From Candidatus Pacearchaeota archaeon (GTDB lineage Archaea; Nanobdellota; Nanobdellia; Pacearchaeales; GW2011-AR1), in the NCBI GenBank assembly GCA_017609285.1, contig JAFCEE010000001.1, positions 18,475-82,474 of the forward strand: a DNA stretch of 64,000 nt, written 5' to 3'. Each line of letters begins with the position of its first letter. The stretch's first letter is position 1. Shown piece by piece: positions 36,125 to 45,188 of this stretch. The notes below the pieces were generated by a model that was not told where the DNA came from, searched no databases, and was given only the letters and a program-made list of their open reading frames with translations. Both the position numbers and the translations under genes were made by a program.

Positions 36125-36628
36125 TCAAAATAGATTAAAAAGTGCTATTCCAGTTAAAGTGAGTATGGTAACTATTGTTCCTGCTATTATAACTCCTATC
36201 GCATTTGCTAACACAAATTTTTTATAACTCAGACCTAATAAATAGGCTCCTAAGGCTCCGGTATAACTCCCGCTTCCAGGCAAAGGAATTCCAATAAAAA
36301 GCGCCACTCCAAATATTCCAAATTTATCAACATAAGGTTTTATCCTTCTTTGTGTTTTTTCTATTTTTCTATTATAATATTTAAAAAAGAGTTGGGAATG
36401 TAAAAAATAATGCACAAATCTATCTAAGAAAATATATACTAAAGGCCCTACAATAATATTTGTCATCACACAAGTAATGAATACTAAAGGCCAACTGAGT
36501 CCGAACCCCTGTAAGGTTAAATTAAACAACTCAACCTTGCTGGACAAAATTCCTAACGGAATGCTAGCTCTAAGTTCAAGAAAAGGAATAAATGTTACAA
36601 TGATTAAAGCAAGTATTTTCAATAACAT
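36125..36628 (-). CDS. small multidrug-export-like membrane protein (Sm_multidrug_ex/COG2426-like)
   Basis: 167 aa, 4-5 TM. N-terminal FIPFLELRASIPLGIL matches the ELRgaIPLG signature. Confidence 0.45.
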   Translation of the reverse strand: MLLKILALIIVTFIPFLELRASIPLGILSSKVELFNLTLQGFGLSWPLVFITCVMTNIIVGPLVYIFLDRFVHYFLHSQLFFKYYNRKIEKTQRRIKPYVDKFGIFGVALFIGIPLPGSGSYTGALGAYLLGLSYKKFVLANAIGVIIAGTIVTILTLTGIALFNLF

Positions 36629-37893
36629 AGTCTTTCCATGGCCTCTACCTTTTTTATTAAATCAAATTCGTTTCTTTGCTTTAAAATTCTTTTTATTTTT
36701 TGGGAATTTATGATTTCTACATTGTCTATGCTAAACTTTTTTCTGCCAATTAAACACCAAAATTCTAATTTATTGCAGTATGACCCATAGTTTTTAATAT
36801 CTTTTCTTATGCTATGTGCAAAAGAATTTAATTTTGCATCAATAATTTTTTCGAAAAAATTGTTTTTCATAATAACAACATCTGGTTGTTTGTTATTCTC
36901 TAATTTTGGCTTTACTTTCACATCGGGATATATTTTTTTACAAATTTTAATAACTAATTTTTCCCATTTTTGCCATCTATCATCATATTTATAACCAGCT
37001 AACCTTACAAAATTTGGATAACTCTTGAAATATTTATACACTGCTGCAACTAAAGCGGGATTCAATTTTAGTAATTCTTCTACTGTTAGAAGATTTTTTC
37101 TGTTAGACATAATCTTGATAAATTCCTCCAAACATTTTTCTCTACTCCATTTTAATTCAAAATTTGGTGTGTAACCTAATTCTCTTAAAAAATTATTATA
37201 AGATTTCCACCTTTTTCTTATTGCTTTAAATAAACCTTTACACTCTTTTAGATTATCTATTGATGGAGTACTTCTTTTCTTGTTTCTCAATTTTTCAAAT
37301 TCTTTGATACAATCTTTTTTAGTCCAACACCTGATTTTTGTTTGTAAACCTAGGTATCTAAGAAATTCGCTATACTTTCCCCAATTTCTATGAATTGCTG
37401 TTATCATCCCGGGGTGTTCTTCTACACATTCTTGGTAAGTCGGTGTTCTTCCAATCTTCTTGACGAATCCCCTAAAGGTATTTATAATCTTATTTTTTTT
37501 CCAACGATAAGCAGCCCCTTTCTTTAAGTTTAATTTTCTTCTCATATGTTTGACACTGTATACTGTTTTGTTTAATTTACTAGCAATTTCTTTAGCAGTC
37601 ATATCAAGATAATTTTCTTTCAGAAAATTAATTTCGTTTTTGTCCCATCCGATATCATATATATCTTTTACTTGTTTTTTGATTTTATTAAAATCTAATT
37701 TCAAAAATTTAGCTAAGCTCTTTGTTCTTTCTAATGTTAGTGGATGTATCTCATTTTTATAAGAATAAATCGAAGAATTGGGTATGTTGGATAGCTTAGA
37801 TAATTCAAGTTTGGAGCCTGCTTTTTTTATCGCCTTCTCTAAAAATAATTTTTGTTCCCCTTTTTTGAACTTCAAGAAAATTTTCTTTTTCAC
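36619..37893 (-). CDS. HTH protein with three homing-endonuclease-associated (HEARO-like) repeats and a C-terminal PD-(D/E)xK nuclease-like domain
   Basis: 424 aa. N-terminal HTH (KLELSKLSNIPNSSIYSY). Three repeats of about 48 aa ending WGKYSEFLRYLGL / WKSYNNFLRELGY / FKSYPNFVRLAGY (the FGSW..AL..AGL pattern). C-terminus KQPDVVIM...IIDAK. Confidence 0.45.
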   Translation of the reverse strand: MKKKIFLKFKKGEQKLFLEKAIKKAGSKLELSKLSNIPNSSIYSYKNEIHPLTLERTKSLAKFLKLDFNKIKKQVKDIYDIGWDKNEINFLKENYLDMTAKEIASKLNKTVYSVKHMRRKLNLKKGAAYRWKKNKIINTFRGFVKKIGRTPTYQECVEEHPGMITAIHRNWGKYSEFLRYLGLQTKIRCWTKKDCIKEFEKLRNKKRSTPSIDNLKECKGLFKAIRKRWKSYNNFLRELGYTPNFELKWSREKCLEEFIKIMSNRKNLLTVEELLKLNPALVAAVYKYFKSYPNFVRLAGYKYDDRWQKWEKLVIKICKKIYPDVKVKPKLENNKQPDVVIMKNNFFEKIIDAKLNSFAHSIRKDIKNYGSYCNKLEFWCLIGRKKFSIDNVEIINSQKIKRILKQRNEFDLIKKVEAMERLCY

Positions 37894-37962
37894 GAATAAA
37901 AATAGAATTCAGGGTTCTTAAATGTTACCATTAACAAGAGCGCAGACTGATATAAATAATTT

Positions 37963-38514
37963 TTATTTTCTTCTTATCCTAGTTTTACTGTATAAAAATT
38001 TGAAATCAGAATAAACCGGTATTTCTCTTATATTAAAAATTTTAATAGTTAAAAACCAGACAGAAAAAATCATTAAGCTGGATAAAAAATACCAGAATAT
38101 TAAATGAGTTAAGTTGAATAAAGAAAAAGATTTTAATAAAAGCATGGAGAAAAAGAAAATTCTTAAAATATTTATTATAAGGAAAAGGGAAAAAGAAAAT
38201 ATTAGGGCTAGAAATCTTTTTTTTATGGGCATTGGTGTTGTCATGTTCAAAATCAAGAGTAAATAATAAGCTGAGCCAGCTATACATGCTTTTATTAGGT
38301 GTATTTGAATATTATTAAAAATTATAGTTGATCCTATTAATGAGGCAGGGAAAAATAGTTTTAAGAGAAAAAATATAGGGTAGATAGTTAAAGGAGTGAA
38401 TATAAAGTAAAAGAGCCATAAATTAGGAAAAGCTAATAACAAAAGGATTATATATCTAAGGAAAATATAGTAAACTCTTTTCTTGGCAAGGTTTTTTTTG
38501 ATAAGTTTTCTCAT
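37963..38514 (-). CDS. polytopic membrane protein, possibly of the exosortase/archaeosortase family
   Basis: 183 aa, about 6 TM. Candidate active-site-like Cys (IKACIAGS) and an N-x-x-R motif (NILRIFF). Weak assignment. Confidence 0.3.
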   Translation of the reverse strand: MRKLIKKNLAKKRVYYIFLRYIILLLLAFPNLWLFYFIFTPLTIYPIFFLLKLFFPASLIGSTIIFNNIQIHLIKACIAGSAYYLLLILNMTTPMPIKKRFLALIFSFSLFLIINILRIFFFSMLLLKSFSLFNLTHLIFWYFLSSLMIFSVWFLTIKIFNIREIPVYSDFKFLYSKTRIRRK

Positions 38515-38566
38515 TTTCTTGTTAAGAGAAAAGATATTTAAATATCTTTAGAATTATAAAGAGAGA

Positions 38567-39118
38567 ATGAAAAAAAGTAATGTTGTTTTTTATTTGGCTT
38601 GTACCTTTCTTTTATTGCTTGGTTTATTCTTTGATAAAAGTTTTTCTTTATGGTTTGCTCAACATAGAATTGGATTTTTGAATAGTGTGATGCAAGGATT
38701 CAGTTTTTTTGGTAAGTGGTTTATTGTTCTAATAGTTTCTAGCTCTTTTTTCTTATGGCAAAAAAATAGGAGAGAGGGGGTTCTTCCTTTGTGTTTTAGT
38801 TTATTTATTAGTATGATAATAGTTTTTTTATTAAAAATTATAGTTATGAGAGCAAGACCAGAGGTAGCTTTAAATCTTTTTAGTGAGTTAAGTTCAAGTT
38901 TTCCTTCTGGCCATGCAACAGCTGTATTTTCTGTTCTCCCTATTTTGAGTAAATTTTCTAAAATTAAATGGTTCTGGCTTTTTTTTGCTGTAATTGTTGC
39001 TTTTTCTAGGCTATATTTAGGAGTACATTATTTAACAGATGTTGTTTCTGGTGCTTTAATTGGTTATTCTATTGGCTTGCTTGTTGTTTGGTATAAGAAA
39101 AAAAAGAAAAAAGTTTAA
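38567..39118 (+). CDS. PAP2-family phosphatase (phosphatidic acid phosphatase type 2)
   Basis: 183 aa. The three PAP2 motifs: K...RARPEV, PSGH, SRLYLGVHYLTD. Confidence 0.75.
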   Translation: MKKSNVVFYLACTFLLLLGLFFDKSFSLWFAQHRIGFLNSVMQGFSFFGKWFIVLIVSSSFFLWQKNRREGVLPLCFSLFISMIIVFLLKIIVMRARPEVALNLFSELSSSFPSGHATAVFSVLPILSKFSKIKWFWLFFAVIVAFSRLYLGVHYLTDVVSGALIGYSIGLLVVWYKKKKKKV

Positions 39119-39205
39119 GCTCTTGACATTCTTACTGCTACAATTATAATTGCTATAATTAAAATTATATTCACTAGGACTATTACCCAGATAAACCAGT
39201 TCTCT

Positions 39206-40774
39206 TTAAAACTTTCTTACTGAACCTGTCAAAGAAAATCTTGGTGTGATTGTTAGACTGACTGGCTGTTTTATTTCTTTAGTATCAAATAAAGCTTTTA
39301 TATTGAAAATTTGTTCGCCTTCTGCATCTTTGTTTAGTTTTAAAGTTATTAGGACATCTTTAGTTTCTTGAGGTTTAATAGTGAAAGTTGCAGGGTTAAT
39401 GTTTTCAAGTTCGCTGAAAAACTCATTTCCTTCTAACATTACTGTGTATGTTGTTTCTTCTTCTCCTGTATTTTTTATTGTCGCCTTTATTTTTACTTCT
39501 TTTCCTGCTTTTACTTCATCTTCTGGAGTTTCAAGTGTGGCTGAAATTTGTGCGTTTTTTATTACTGGTTTTATGCATTCTACTTTTAAGAAGAGGTTAT
39601 AAACAGCTTCATCATCTTCTTCGTTTTCATAAATATCATTGTCAGCGAGATCTTCATCGTCATATACAGTAAAAGTTATCCTGTATGTTTTTTCTTCCAC
39701 ATTTTTTGGTATTTGTATTGTTGTAGTAAAGTCTTCTTTGTGTAATGCGCGAATATCTTTATCCAGTTCAATTATTTTGTTAATCCCTAATTCTTCATTG
39801 TAAATTAAAATAAAAATCTCATCTTCATCAATTTTATCATCACCTATATTCCAAACATTTGCTGAAATTTCAATTTCATCTCCACATGAAACTATATTAT
39901 CTGCTTTTGAAGTTTTTATATTATCTAAAATTATAAATTTCTCGTCTGTTCTTATTTTTATATCATTTGAAGTACTTGTGCAGGTATTATTATCATCATA
40001 AAGGCTGTCTGAATCGTCAATTTCTCCTGTTGCGCTTAAGTAGATTTTATAATCTTTATTTCCTTCATTCAGCTTGTCTGGGTCTACATCAAAAGTAAGA
40101 GTTATTGTTTTTTTATCACCTTCGTCTAAATCAAATTCATCATCTGATAAATCCATATCATCTTCATCCATTACACATTCTTTAGCTTCCACATCATACA
40201 AGCAAGCTTTGATTTCTATATCACTAATGTCCCAATCTCCATCATTTTCAACATCAAATTCTATCTTAATTTCATCAAGAGGATACCAGTAGTCATCGCT
40301 ATCTCCAAAACCTTCGTTTACATCAAAATCTAAGTGTGAAATTTTAAGTTTTCCTTTATTTTCATATTCACAAAAAACTTTTTCAAGAATTATTGTGAGG
40401 TTATAGGAGTCTTTATCTGAAGCATTTAAGGAATTTACTGCATTAAAAGTTACAATTTCTTGTCTTTTTTCTAAATTAAAATCCTCTGATATTGATTCGA
40501 CACTTATATTAAAAATAACTTTGGAAATATTAGTTAAACTTGTTGTTGGTGAAATTAATATCTCTGCTAAATGTCCGTCAGAATCTTGAATAGTTATTGT
40601 TGGGTATGTAAGATTAAAATTCTCTCCAGAAGTTAAAGTTATCTGTTTAGTCTCAAATTGGTTTAAAGTGATTGAATCTGTTCCAGAAAGTTCTAGGGCA
40701 GAAACCAAGCCACTTAAGACTGTTGCAGATAAAAGCATTATTGCGAAAATTCCAAACAATATTTTACCTTTCAT
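39206..40774 (-). CDS. secreted highly acidic surface protein
   Basis: 522 aa. Signal peptide; many Asp/Glu-rich, Ca-binding-like segments (DFDVNEGFGDSDDYW, DDEDLADNDIYENEEDDE); no TM anchor. Confidence 0.5.
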   Translation of the reverse strand: MKGKILFGIFAIMLLSATVLSGLVSALELSGTDSITLNQFETKQITLTSGENFNLTYPTITIQDSDGHLAEILISPTTSLTNISKVIFNISVESISEDFNLEKRQEIVTFNAVNSLNASDKDSYNLTIILEKVFCEYENKGKLKISHLDFDVNEGFGDSDDYWYPLDEIKIEFDVENDGDWDISDIEIKACLYDVEAKECVMDEDDMDLSDDEFDLDEGDKKTITLTFDVDPDKLNEGNKDYKIYLSATGEIDDSDSLYDDNNTCTSTSNDIKIRTDEKFIILDNIKTSKADNIVSCGDEIEISANVWNIGDDKIDEDEIFILIYNEELGINKIIELDKDIRALHKEDFTTTIQIPKNVEEKTYRITFTVYDDEDLADNDIYENEEDDEAVYNLFLKVECIKPVIKNAQISATLETPEDEVKAGKEVKIKATIKNTGEEETTYTVMLEGNEFFSELENINPATFTIKPQETKDVLITLKLNKDAEGEQIFNIKALFDTKEIKQPVSLTITPRFSLTGSVRKF

Positions 40775-40913
40775 TTTTGTAATTATTCTGCAGTTACAAT
40801 GGTTTATAAATATTTCTATTGTTCAAAATATATAACAAAATGAGAGAATAAAAAGATTTATAAAAGGAAAATTCCTCGATAATATAAGAATAAAAAAAAG
40901 GAGGTAATAAAGG

Positions 40914-41258
40914 ATGCCAAAAGCAAAGAAGAATATTTTGGGCGCATGGGCATTTTTGATTGGAGTTATTTTAGCGGTGATCGTAGGTTTACTTGGATTA
41001 GGAGCAACAGAAGGCACATGGGCAATAATCTTAGTAATTTTAGGTATACTTATTGGTTTACTTAATATTGGTGGAGCAGAATTGAAAGATTTTTTGTTAG
41101 CAGGTACAGTTTTGGTTATTGTCAGTGCTTTAGGAGGACAGACATACTTAGGATTGATTCCATATGTCGGGGAGATAATAAAGGCCTTAGTTGTCTTATT
41201 TGTCCCAGCTACAATAGTAGTAGCCCTAAAAGCTGTTTTCGCAATTGCAAAGGGATAA
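40914..41258 (+). CDS. small Gly-rich integral membrane protein
   Basis: 114 aa, 3-4 TM helices. Confidence 0.4.
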   Translation: MPKAKKNILGAWAFLIGVILAVIVGLLGLGATEGTWAIILVILGILIGLLNIGGAELKDFLLAGTVLVIVSALGGQTYLGLIPYVGEIIKALVVLFVPATIVVALKAVFAIAKG

Positions 41259-41289
41259 GCTTAATTTAATTTTTATTTTTTTTATTTTT

Positions 41290-41904
41290 TTATATAAAAG
41301 GAAGGTTTTTGTAGTTTATTATTTTTTTAGAATCAAAATCTAAACCAGGGCATGCAAGATTTATATATATTGGGAGAGAAAAATTTTCTAATTCATTTAC
41401 ATCTATTGATTCAGAAATAAAAATATAGAAATTTTTCTCTTCAAACCTGTCTTTTAATTTTCTTTTTAAGCTTATTGCTTCATCTAACTTATTTTGTCCT
41501 GGTTTTGTTGATACTATCAAGCCAATATTTTCTGAAGCAAAGAATTTAGAAATTTTTCCCTTTTCCCTCTTTTTTAACTTTAAGATTTCTTCTCTTGATA
41601 ATTTTTTTATGCTTCCATCTTGATAAATATAGGTTTCTTTCTTTGTATCTAAAGCCATAGATAAAGCATGAAACTTTCCGCTCCCTATTATGAGTATGGG
41701 AGCAAGGGGTTTTATTTTTGAACAGCCCAGTATTTGTTCGAAGGCGAGAATCTTGTGGGTTTTTTTAAGTTTCTTTTTTATTTTTTCTGCTAAATCTTTA
41801 TACTGGATAGTATAGAGAATATGAATTTCTTTTGGCAGTTTTCCTTTTATTGTTAGCTTCCCATCCTCAAATTTTTTTCTTGCTTCAATAAATAAAACTT
41901 TCAT
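41290..41904 (-). CDS. Dph2-like (diphthamide synthase family) protein, short two-domain form
   Basis: 204 aa. ILIIGSGKFHALSMALDT and INLACPGLDFD align with Pyrococcus Dph2 ILFIGSGIFHPLGLAVAT and VVVACPRVPLDD (domains 2 and 3). No equivalent of domain 1 and its Cys. Confidence 0.5.
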   Translation of the reverse strand: MKVLFIEARKKFEDGKLTIKGKLPKEIHILYTIQYKDLAEKIKKKLKKTHKILAFEQILGCSKIKPLAPILIIGSGKFHALSMALDTKKETYIYQDGSIKKLSREEILKLKKREKGKISKFFASENIGLIVSTKPGQNKLDEAISLKRKLKDRFEEKNFYIFISESIDVNELENFSLPIYINLACPGLDFDSKKIINYKNLPFI

Positions 41905-41975
41905 GTAAGATCAAACATTACGAGTTTAATTATCTTAAAAAATAATAGAAAGAATTTAAAAAGATTTGTAGTCTC

Positions 41976-42359
41976 TTAAATTTCTGTTTCTTCTTTTTTT
42001 ACTTGTTTCTTTGGCTTATAAATTTCTGCAAAACTTGGAGTAACTATGATTACGCTTTCTCCAAATCCAGCTACCTCTCCTTCTAAGGCATCTGCTGTTT
42101 TTTTAATTTTAGCAATAACTCTTTTCAATTCTATCATATCTCTTTTCTTGATAGGACTGATATCGATTACAGCTATTGTGTAGCCTTCCCTTAATGCATC
42201 TAGAATTTCATTGACATCCTCAAATTTTCTAAGAATAAAAGGTCTCACGATAACTTTATTTTTCTTGATTTCTTGACCCAAATCAATTTCAATATACTCT
42301 GGTTCCTCTTCTTTCTTAAAAAATTTCCCGAAGCTTTCTTTTATTTTTTTGAATGGCAT
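41976..42359 (-). CDS. sepF: cell division protein SepF
   Basis: 127 aa. The SepF/DUF552 core: VIVRPFILRKFEDVNEILDALREGYTIAVIDISPI...AKIKKTADALEGEVAGFGESVIIVTPSFAEI. Confidence 0.7.
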   Translation of the reverse strand: MPFKKIKESFGKFFKKEEEPEYIEIDLGQEIKKNKVIVRPFILRKFEDVNEILDALREGYTIAVIDISPIKKRDMIELKRVIAKIKKTADALEGEVAGFGESVIIVTPSFAEIYKPKKQVKKEETEI

Positions 42360-42452
42360 AAAAAATTTAAACCGGTAGAGTTTATAAATATTTCTATAAA
42401 ATTTTACTACTAAAAATTTATTTTGATTTAATTGAGAAGTCTTTAATTCCTT

Positions 42453-42806
42453 TTAAGAGCTCTTTTTGGATTTCTGGTCTTTTAATTTCTTGTCTAGAAC
42501 TTTCCTTAGATTCTCTATTTTTTCTCTTAAAATTTTTTCCTGATTTTCTATTGCTTTTATTCTTAAGTTTAGCGTATCTCTCTTTTCTTCTAATTCTTTT
42601 ATTATGTCATCTTTGTCTGCCTTTACCATGACTTGCCCAACAATTTTGTATATGTTACCTTTAGTTTTTTTCACTTCTTCTAAAGCTGAATTAGTTTCAT
42701 TTAATTCAATTTGAAATGTTTGTTTTTGTAGAAGAAAATTTTGTAAGTACTGTTCTGCCTGATTAAGTTCTTGTATATTCTCTTGCAACTCTTTATTTAT
42801 ACTCAT
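42453..42806 (-). CDS. pfdB: prefoldin beta subunit
   Basis: 117 aa. Coiled coil / beta-hairpin / coiled coil arrangement with the central NIYKIVGQVMVKADKD hairpin. Confidence 0.65.
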   Translation of the reverse strand: MSINKELQENIQELNQAEQYLQNFLLQKQTFQIELNETNSALEEVKKTKGNIYKIVGQVMVKADKDDIIKELEEKRDTLNLRIKAIENQEKILREKIENLRKVLDKKLKDQKSKKSS

Positions 42807-42835
42807 TTGCTTTTAATAATTTTAATTCTCTTTAT

Positions 42836-42973
42836 TTATTCTGCTTTAACCTTGGTTATGTGCTTTCTTGGTTTATAGAAAACCTTGCTATTGCAATTAG
42901 GACATGCAAATCTTTTCTCTAAATTTTTGCTAGATATTTGTTTACCACATTTAAAACATTTATATGTAACCAT
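42836..42973 (-). CDS. rpoP: DNA-directed RNA polymerase subunit P (RpoP/Rpb12 homolog)
   Basis: 45 aa, not in the ORF track (<60 aa). MVTYKCFKCGKQISSKNLEKRFACPNCNSKVFYKPRKHITKVKAE: CxxC...CPxC zinc ribbon followed by YKPR. Confidence 0.65.
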   Translation of the reverse strand: MVTYKCFKCGKQISSKNLEKRFACPNCNSKVFYKPRKHITKVKAE

Positions 42974-43016
42974 TTTTATTCTACAATTTTTAGTATTATA
43001 AATTTAACTATTAGGT

Positions 43017-43226
43017 TTATTTAAGATAAAAAGTATCTGAGGCAAACTTCTTGCCGCATTTTTTACACTTCCATATTCCTTTTGCTAATCTCTTTACTCT
43101 GCCATTACAAAAAGGACATGTCTGTTTTTTCCTCTGCTTAGATTCTACTTTTATCAATTTTTTCCTAACTCTCAAACCGTGCCCTGACCCAAATCTGCCT
43201 GCTGATTTTATTTTTCTTGTTCTCAT
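43017..43226 (-). CDS. rpl37ae: 50S ribosomal protein L37Ae (eL43)
   Basis: 69 aa. KSAGRFGSGHGLRVRKK...CPFCNGRVKRLAKGIWKCKKCGKKFASDTFY. Confidence 0.85.
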   Translation of the reverse strand: MRTRKIKSAGRFGSGHGLRVRKKLIKVESKQRKKQTCPFCNGRVKRLAKGIWKCKKCGKKFASDTFYLK

Positions 43227-43238
43227 TTTTTATATGAG

Positions 43239-43312
43239 TGGGGATGCGCGGATTTGAACCGCGGTCAGAAGCTCCCAAAGCTCCGATGCTAACCAGACTA
43301 CACCACATCCCC
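43239..43312 (-). tRNA. tRNA-Pro (anticodon UGG)
   Basis: Minus-strand reading: GGGGATG acceptor pairing with CATCCCC. Anticodon stem GGAGC/GCTTC with loop TTTGGGA (U33, UGG, G37). T-arm CGCGG-TTCAAAT-CCGCG. Discriminator A. Confidence 0.7.
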
Positions 43313-43344
43313 CACATCATTAAATTTATTGATTTAAATTAATA

Positions 43345-44025
43345 TTATTTCTTTTTCTCCTCTGTTTTTTCTTCAGTTTTTTCAGCTTCTTTTCCTTCCC
43401 CTCCTACTTCTTCTGCAGCTTCTTTTGTTTCTTTAGCTTTTTCTTCTGCTTCTTTCTCTTCTTCTTTCTTAATTATTTCTTCTTGCTTCTCTTTGATTTC
43501 CTCAAAATACTCTTTTAATTTACTTAATTTTTCCTCACTAGCCTTATCTTTTTCTTCTTCTATTTCTTTATCATATTTTCCAGAGGTAATTTGCTCTTCT
43601 ACTTTTTTTGGATCTTGACTCTCTATTAGAACACCTAAACTAACACAGCTTCCAACAACTGACCGGACTGCTGCTTTTAAATTATTAGCCAACATGTCCT
43701 GTTGCTTAGTTTTAGCTATTTTTATAACTTGTTCTATTGCTAAATTCCCTGCTTTTAATTTTTTTTGTTCCCCACTTGCTTTTTCTATCCCTAACTCTTT
43801 TTTAATAAGCTCAGATACTGGTGGAGATGCAACCTTAATTGTAAAATTTTTTGTTTTCGCATCTACATCTAATTCAACAGGCACTTTTAAACCTTTGAAC
43901 TTTTCAGTGGCTTTATTAACTTCTTCTATTACCTTGCCGATATTTATTCCTAGAGGCCCTAACTTTTGAGCTATTGTTGGCCCTGGTTTCATGTCCCCGC
44001 CTTCTACTAATAGTTTTATTATCAT
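43345..44025 (-). CDS. rpl11: 50S ribosomal protein L11 (uL11) with a long K/E-rich C-terminal extension
   Basis: 226 aa. N-terminal 150 aa is the uL11 core (KPGPTIAQKLGPLGINIGKV...PPVSELIKK...). The last about 70 aa are low-complexity E/K-rich. Confidence 0.85.
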   Translation of the reverse strand: MIIKLLVEGGDMKPGPTIAQKLGPLGINIGKVIEEVNKATEKFKGLKVPVELDVDAKTKNFTIKVASPPVSELIKKELGIEKASGEQKKLKAGNLAIEQVIKIAKTKQQDMLANNLKAAVRSVVGSCVSLGVLIESQDPKKVEEQITSGKYDKEIEEEKDKASEEKLSKLKEYFEEIKEKQEEIIKKEEEKEAEEKAKETKEAAEEVGGEGKEAEKTEEKTEEKKK

Positions 44026-44492
44026 TTTTCTTCTTCCTCCATATCTTCTTCAGATTCTTCTCTTCTTATTATTCTTAGATTGTCAATTTTGACAGTGACT
44101 GGAATAGGTATTGCTGCTTGTAATAGTGTAACTACTGCTTCTCCTTTTGATTTATCTACTCTTAAAACTTTTGCCTTTTCCTTTTTGAAAGGTTCAGATA
44201 TAATCTCTACAATATCATTTTTTTCTATTTTTATTTCTGCTACAGTAGGCTCTAACATGTTTTTTATTTCGTTGTAATTTACTGTTTTTCCGAGTATGCC
44301 TTTTACATAAGGTAAGTTAAAGGCAGCTTCTTCTGCTACCTCCCTTTCTTCTGCTTCTAAAAAAATATAGCCTCTTAATCCATGAGGTCTGACTAAACTA
44401 TAAACAGGAAGATTTTTCTTCTCTATTTTTTCTTTTATCATATCCAAAACTTTATCTTCTTTATTTGTTGTTACTTTAACTACATATATCAT
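44022..44492 (-). CDS. spt5: transcription elongation factor Spt5 (NusG-like)
   Basis: 156 aa. NGN domain plus KOW motif (GEAVVTLLQAAIPIPVTVKIDNL), acidic tail; conserved spt5-rpl11 adjacency. Confidence 0.8.
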   Translation of the reverse strand: MIYVVKVTTNKEDKVLDMIKEKIEKKNLPVYSLVRPHGLRGYIFLEAEEREVAEEAAFNLPYVKGILGKTVNYNEIKNMLEPTVAEIKIEKNDIVEIISEPFKKEKAKVLRVDKSKGEAVVTLLQAAIPIPVTVKIDNLRIIRREESEEDMEEEEK

Positions 44493-44555
44493 TTTCCCAG
44501 CTCCAACTACCTCTTAACTTATGAGAAGTAGTCGATATTATTTAAAATTAGTGGT

Positions 44556-44915
44556 TTATAAAGTTTTTTGTTGTTTTGAATAAGACCTGCATACATCATT
44601 AAAATCTTCCTGTGTTATTGTGTATTCTCTTTTACATTTAGGGCAGGTTGCATTCATTGTGCCACCATTTAATGAAAGAGTTAGGCCAACTAAAGAATGA
44701 TTTATATATAAAAGGTGTTGGGAAGCTGGATCGTAGCTGTTTCTTTTCAGTCTTGATTGTTGCTCTTCGCTTATCCTTTCTTTTGATGAGGTTGGAGAAG
44801 AAATACTTCCCCTAGGTAAAACTCCACAAGATGGACAATCTGCTACAAAATGCAGGCGGGGAGTATTTATCCCTGCATCAACTAAATAGATGAGTGGTTT
44901 GACCGAATCTTCCAT
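44556..44915 (-). CDS. hypothetical zinc-ribbon protein (CPSCG ... CPKCK)
   Basis: 119 aa. Two CxxC pairs 75 residues apart; GC higher than neighbours; sits between secE and spt5. Confidence 0.35.
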   Translation of the reverse strand: MEDSVKPLIYLVDAGINTPRLHFVADCPSCGVLPRGSISSPTSSKERISEEQQSRLKRNSYDPASQHLLYINHSLVGLTLSLNGGTMNATCPKCKREYTITQEDFNDVCRSYSKQQKTL

Positions 44916-44916
44916 T

Positions 44917-45084
44917 TTACTTAAAAATATTCATGATTAAGGCAATAAGAAATCCGACTAAACCTATCGCTAATATTCCTAAAGCAGAAACTTTAGCTAC
45001 TGTCTTAAATTCTGTTTGAGTTGGCTTTCTCAGAATATGCCATACTCTTACACATTTTGTTAAAAAACTTTTAATATGAAACAT
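44917..45084 (-). CDS. secE: preprotein translocase subunit SecE (Sec61 gamma)
   Basis: 55 aa, not in the ORF track. MFHIKSFLTKCVRVWHILRKPTQTEFKTVAKVSALGILAIGLVGFLIALIMNIFK: amphipathic N-terminus plus a single C-terminal TM. Conserved position upstream of spt5 and rpl11. Confidence 0.6.
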   Translation of the reverse strand: MFHIKSFLTKCVRVWHILRKPTQTEFKTVAKVSALGILAIGLVGFLIALIMNIFK

Positions 45085-45188
45085 GAAAATAAAGGGAAAA
45101 GAGGATTTTTAAATTTGTTGATTTGATAGTTCTGTGATTGCTTCTAAACCCACATATAACTTTCCTCTATATCTTGCTTCTGGTTTTC

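Noticed and set aside
39381-39672. Two small plus-strand ORFs (73 and 74 aa) inside the acidic surface-protein gene
   Set aside because: Antisense frames of an Asp/Glu-rich gene produce Leu/Phe-rich pseudo-ORFs; no independent support.
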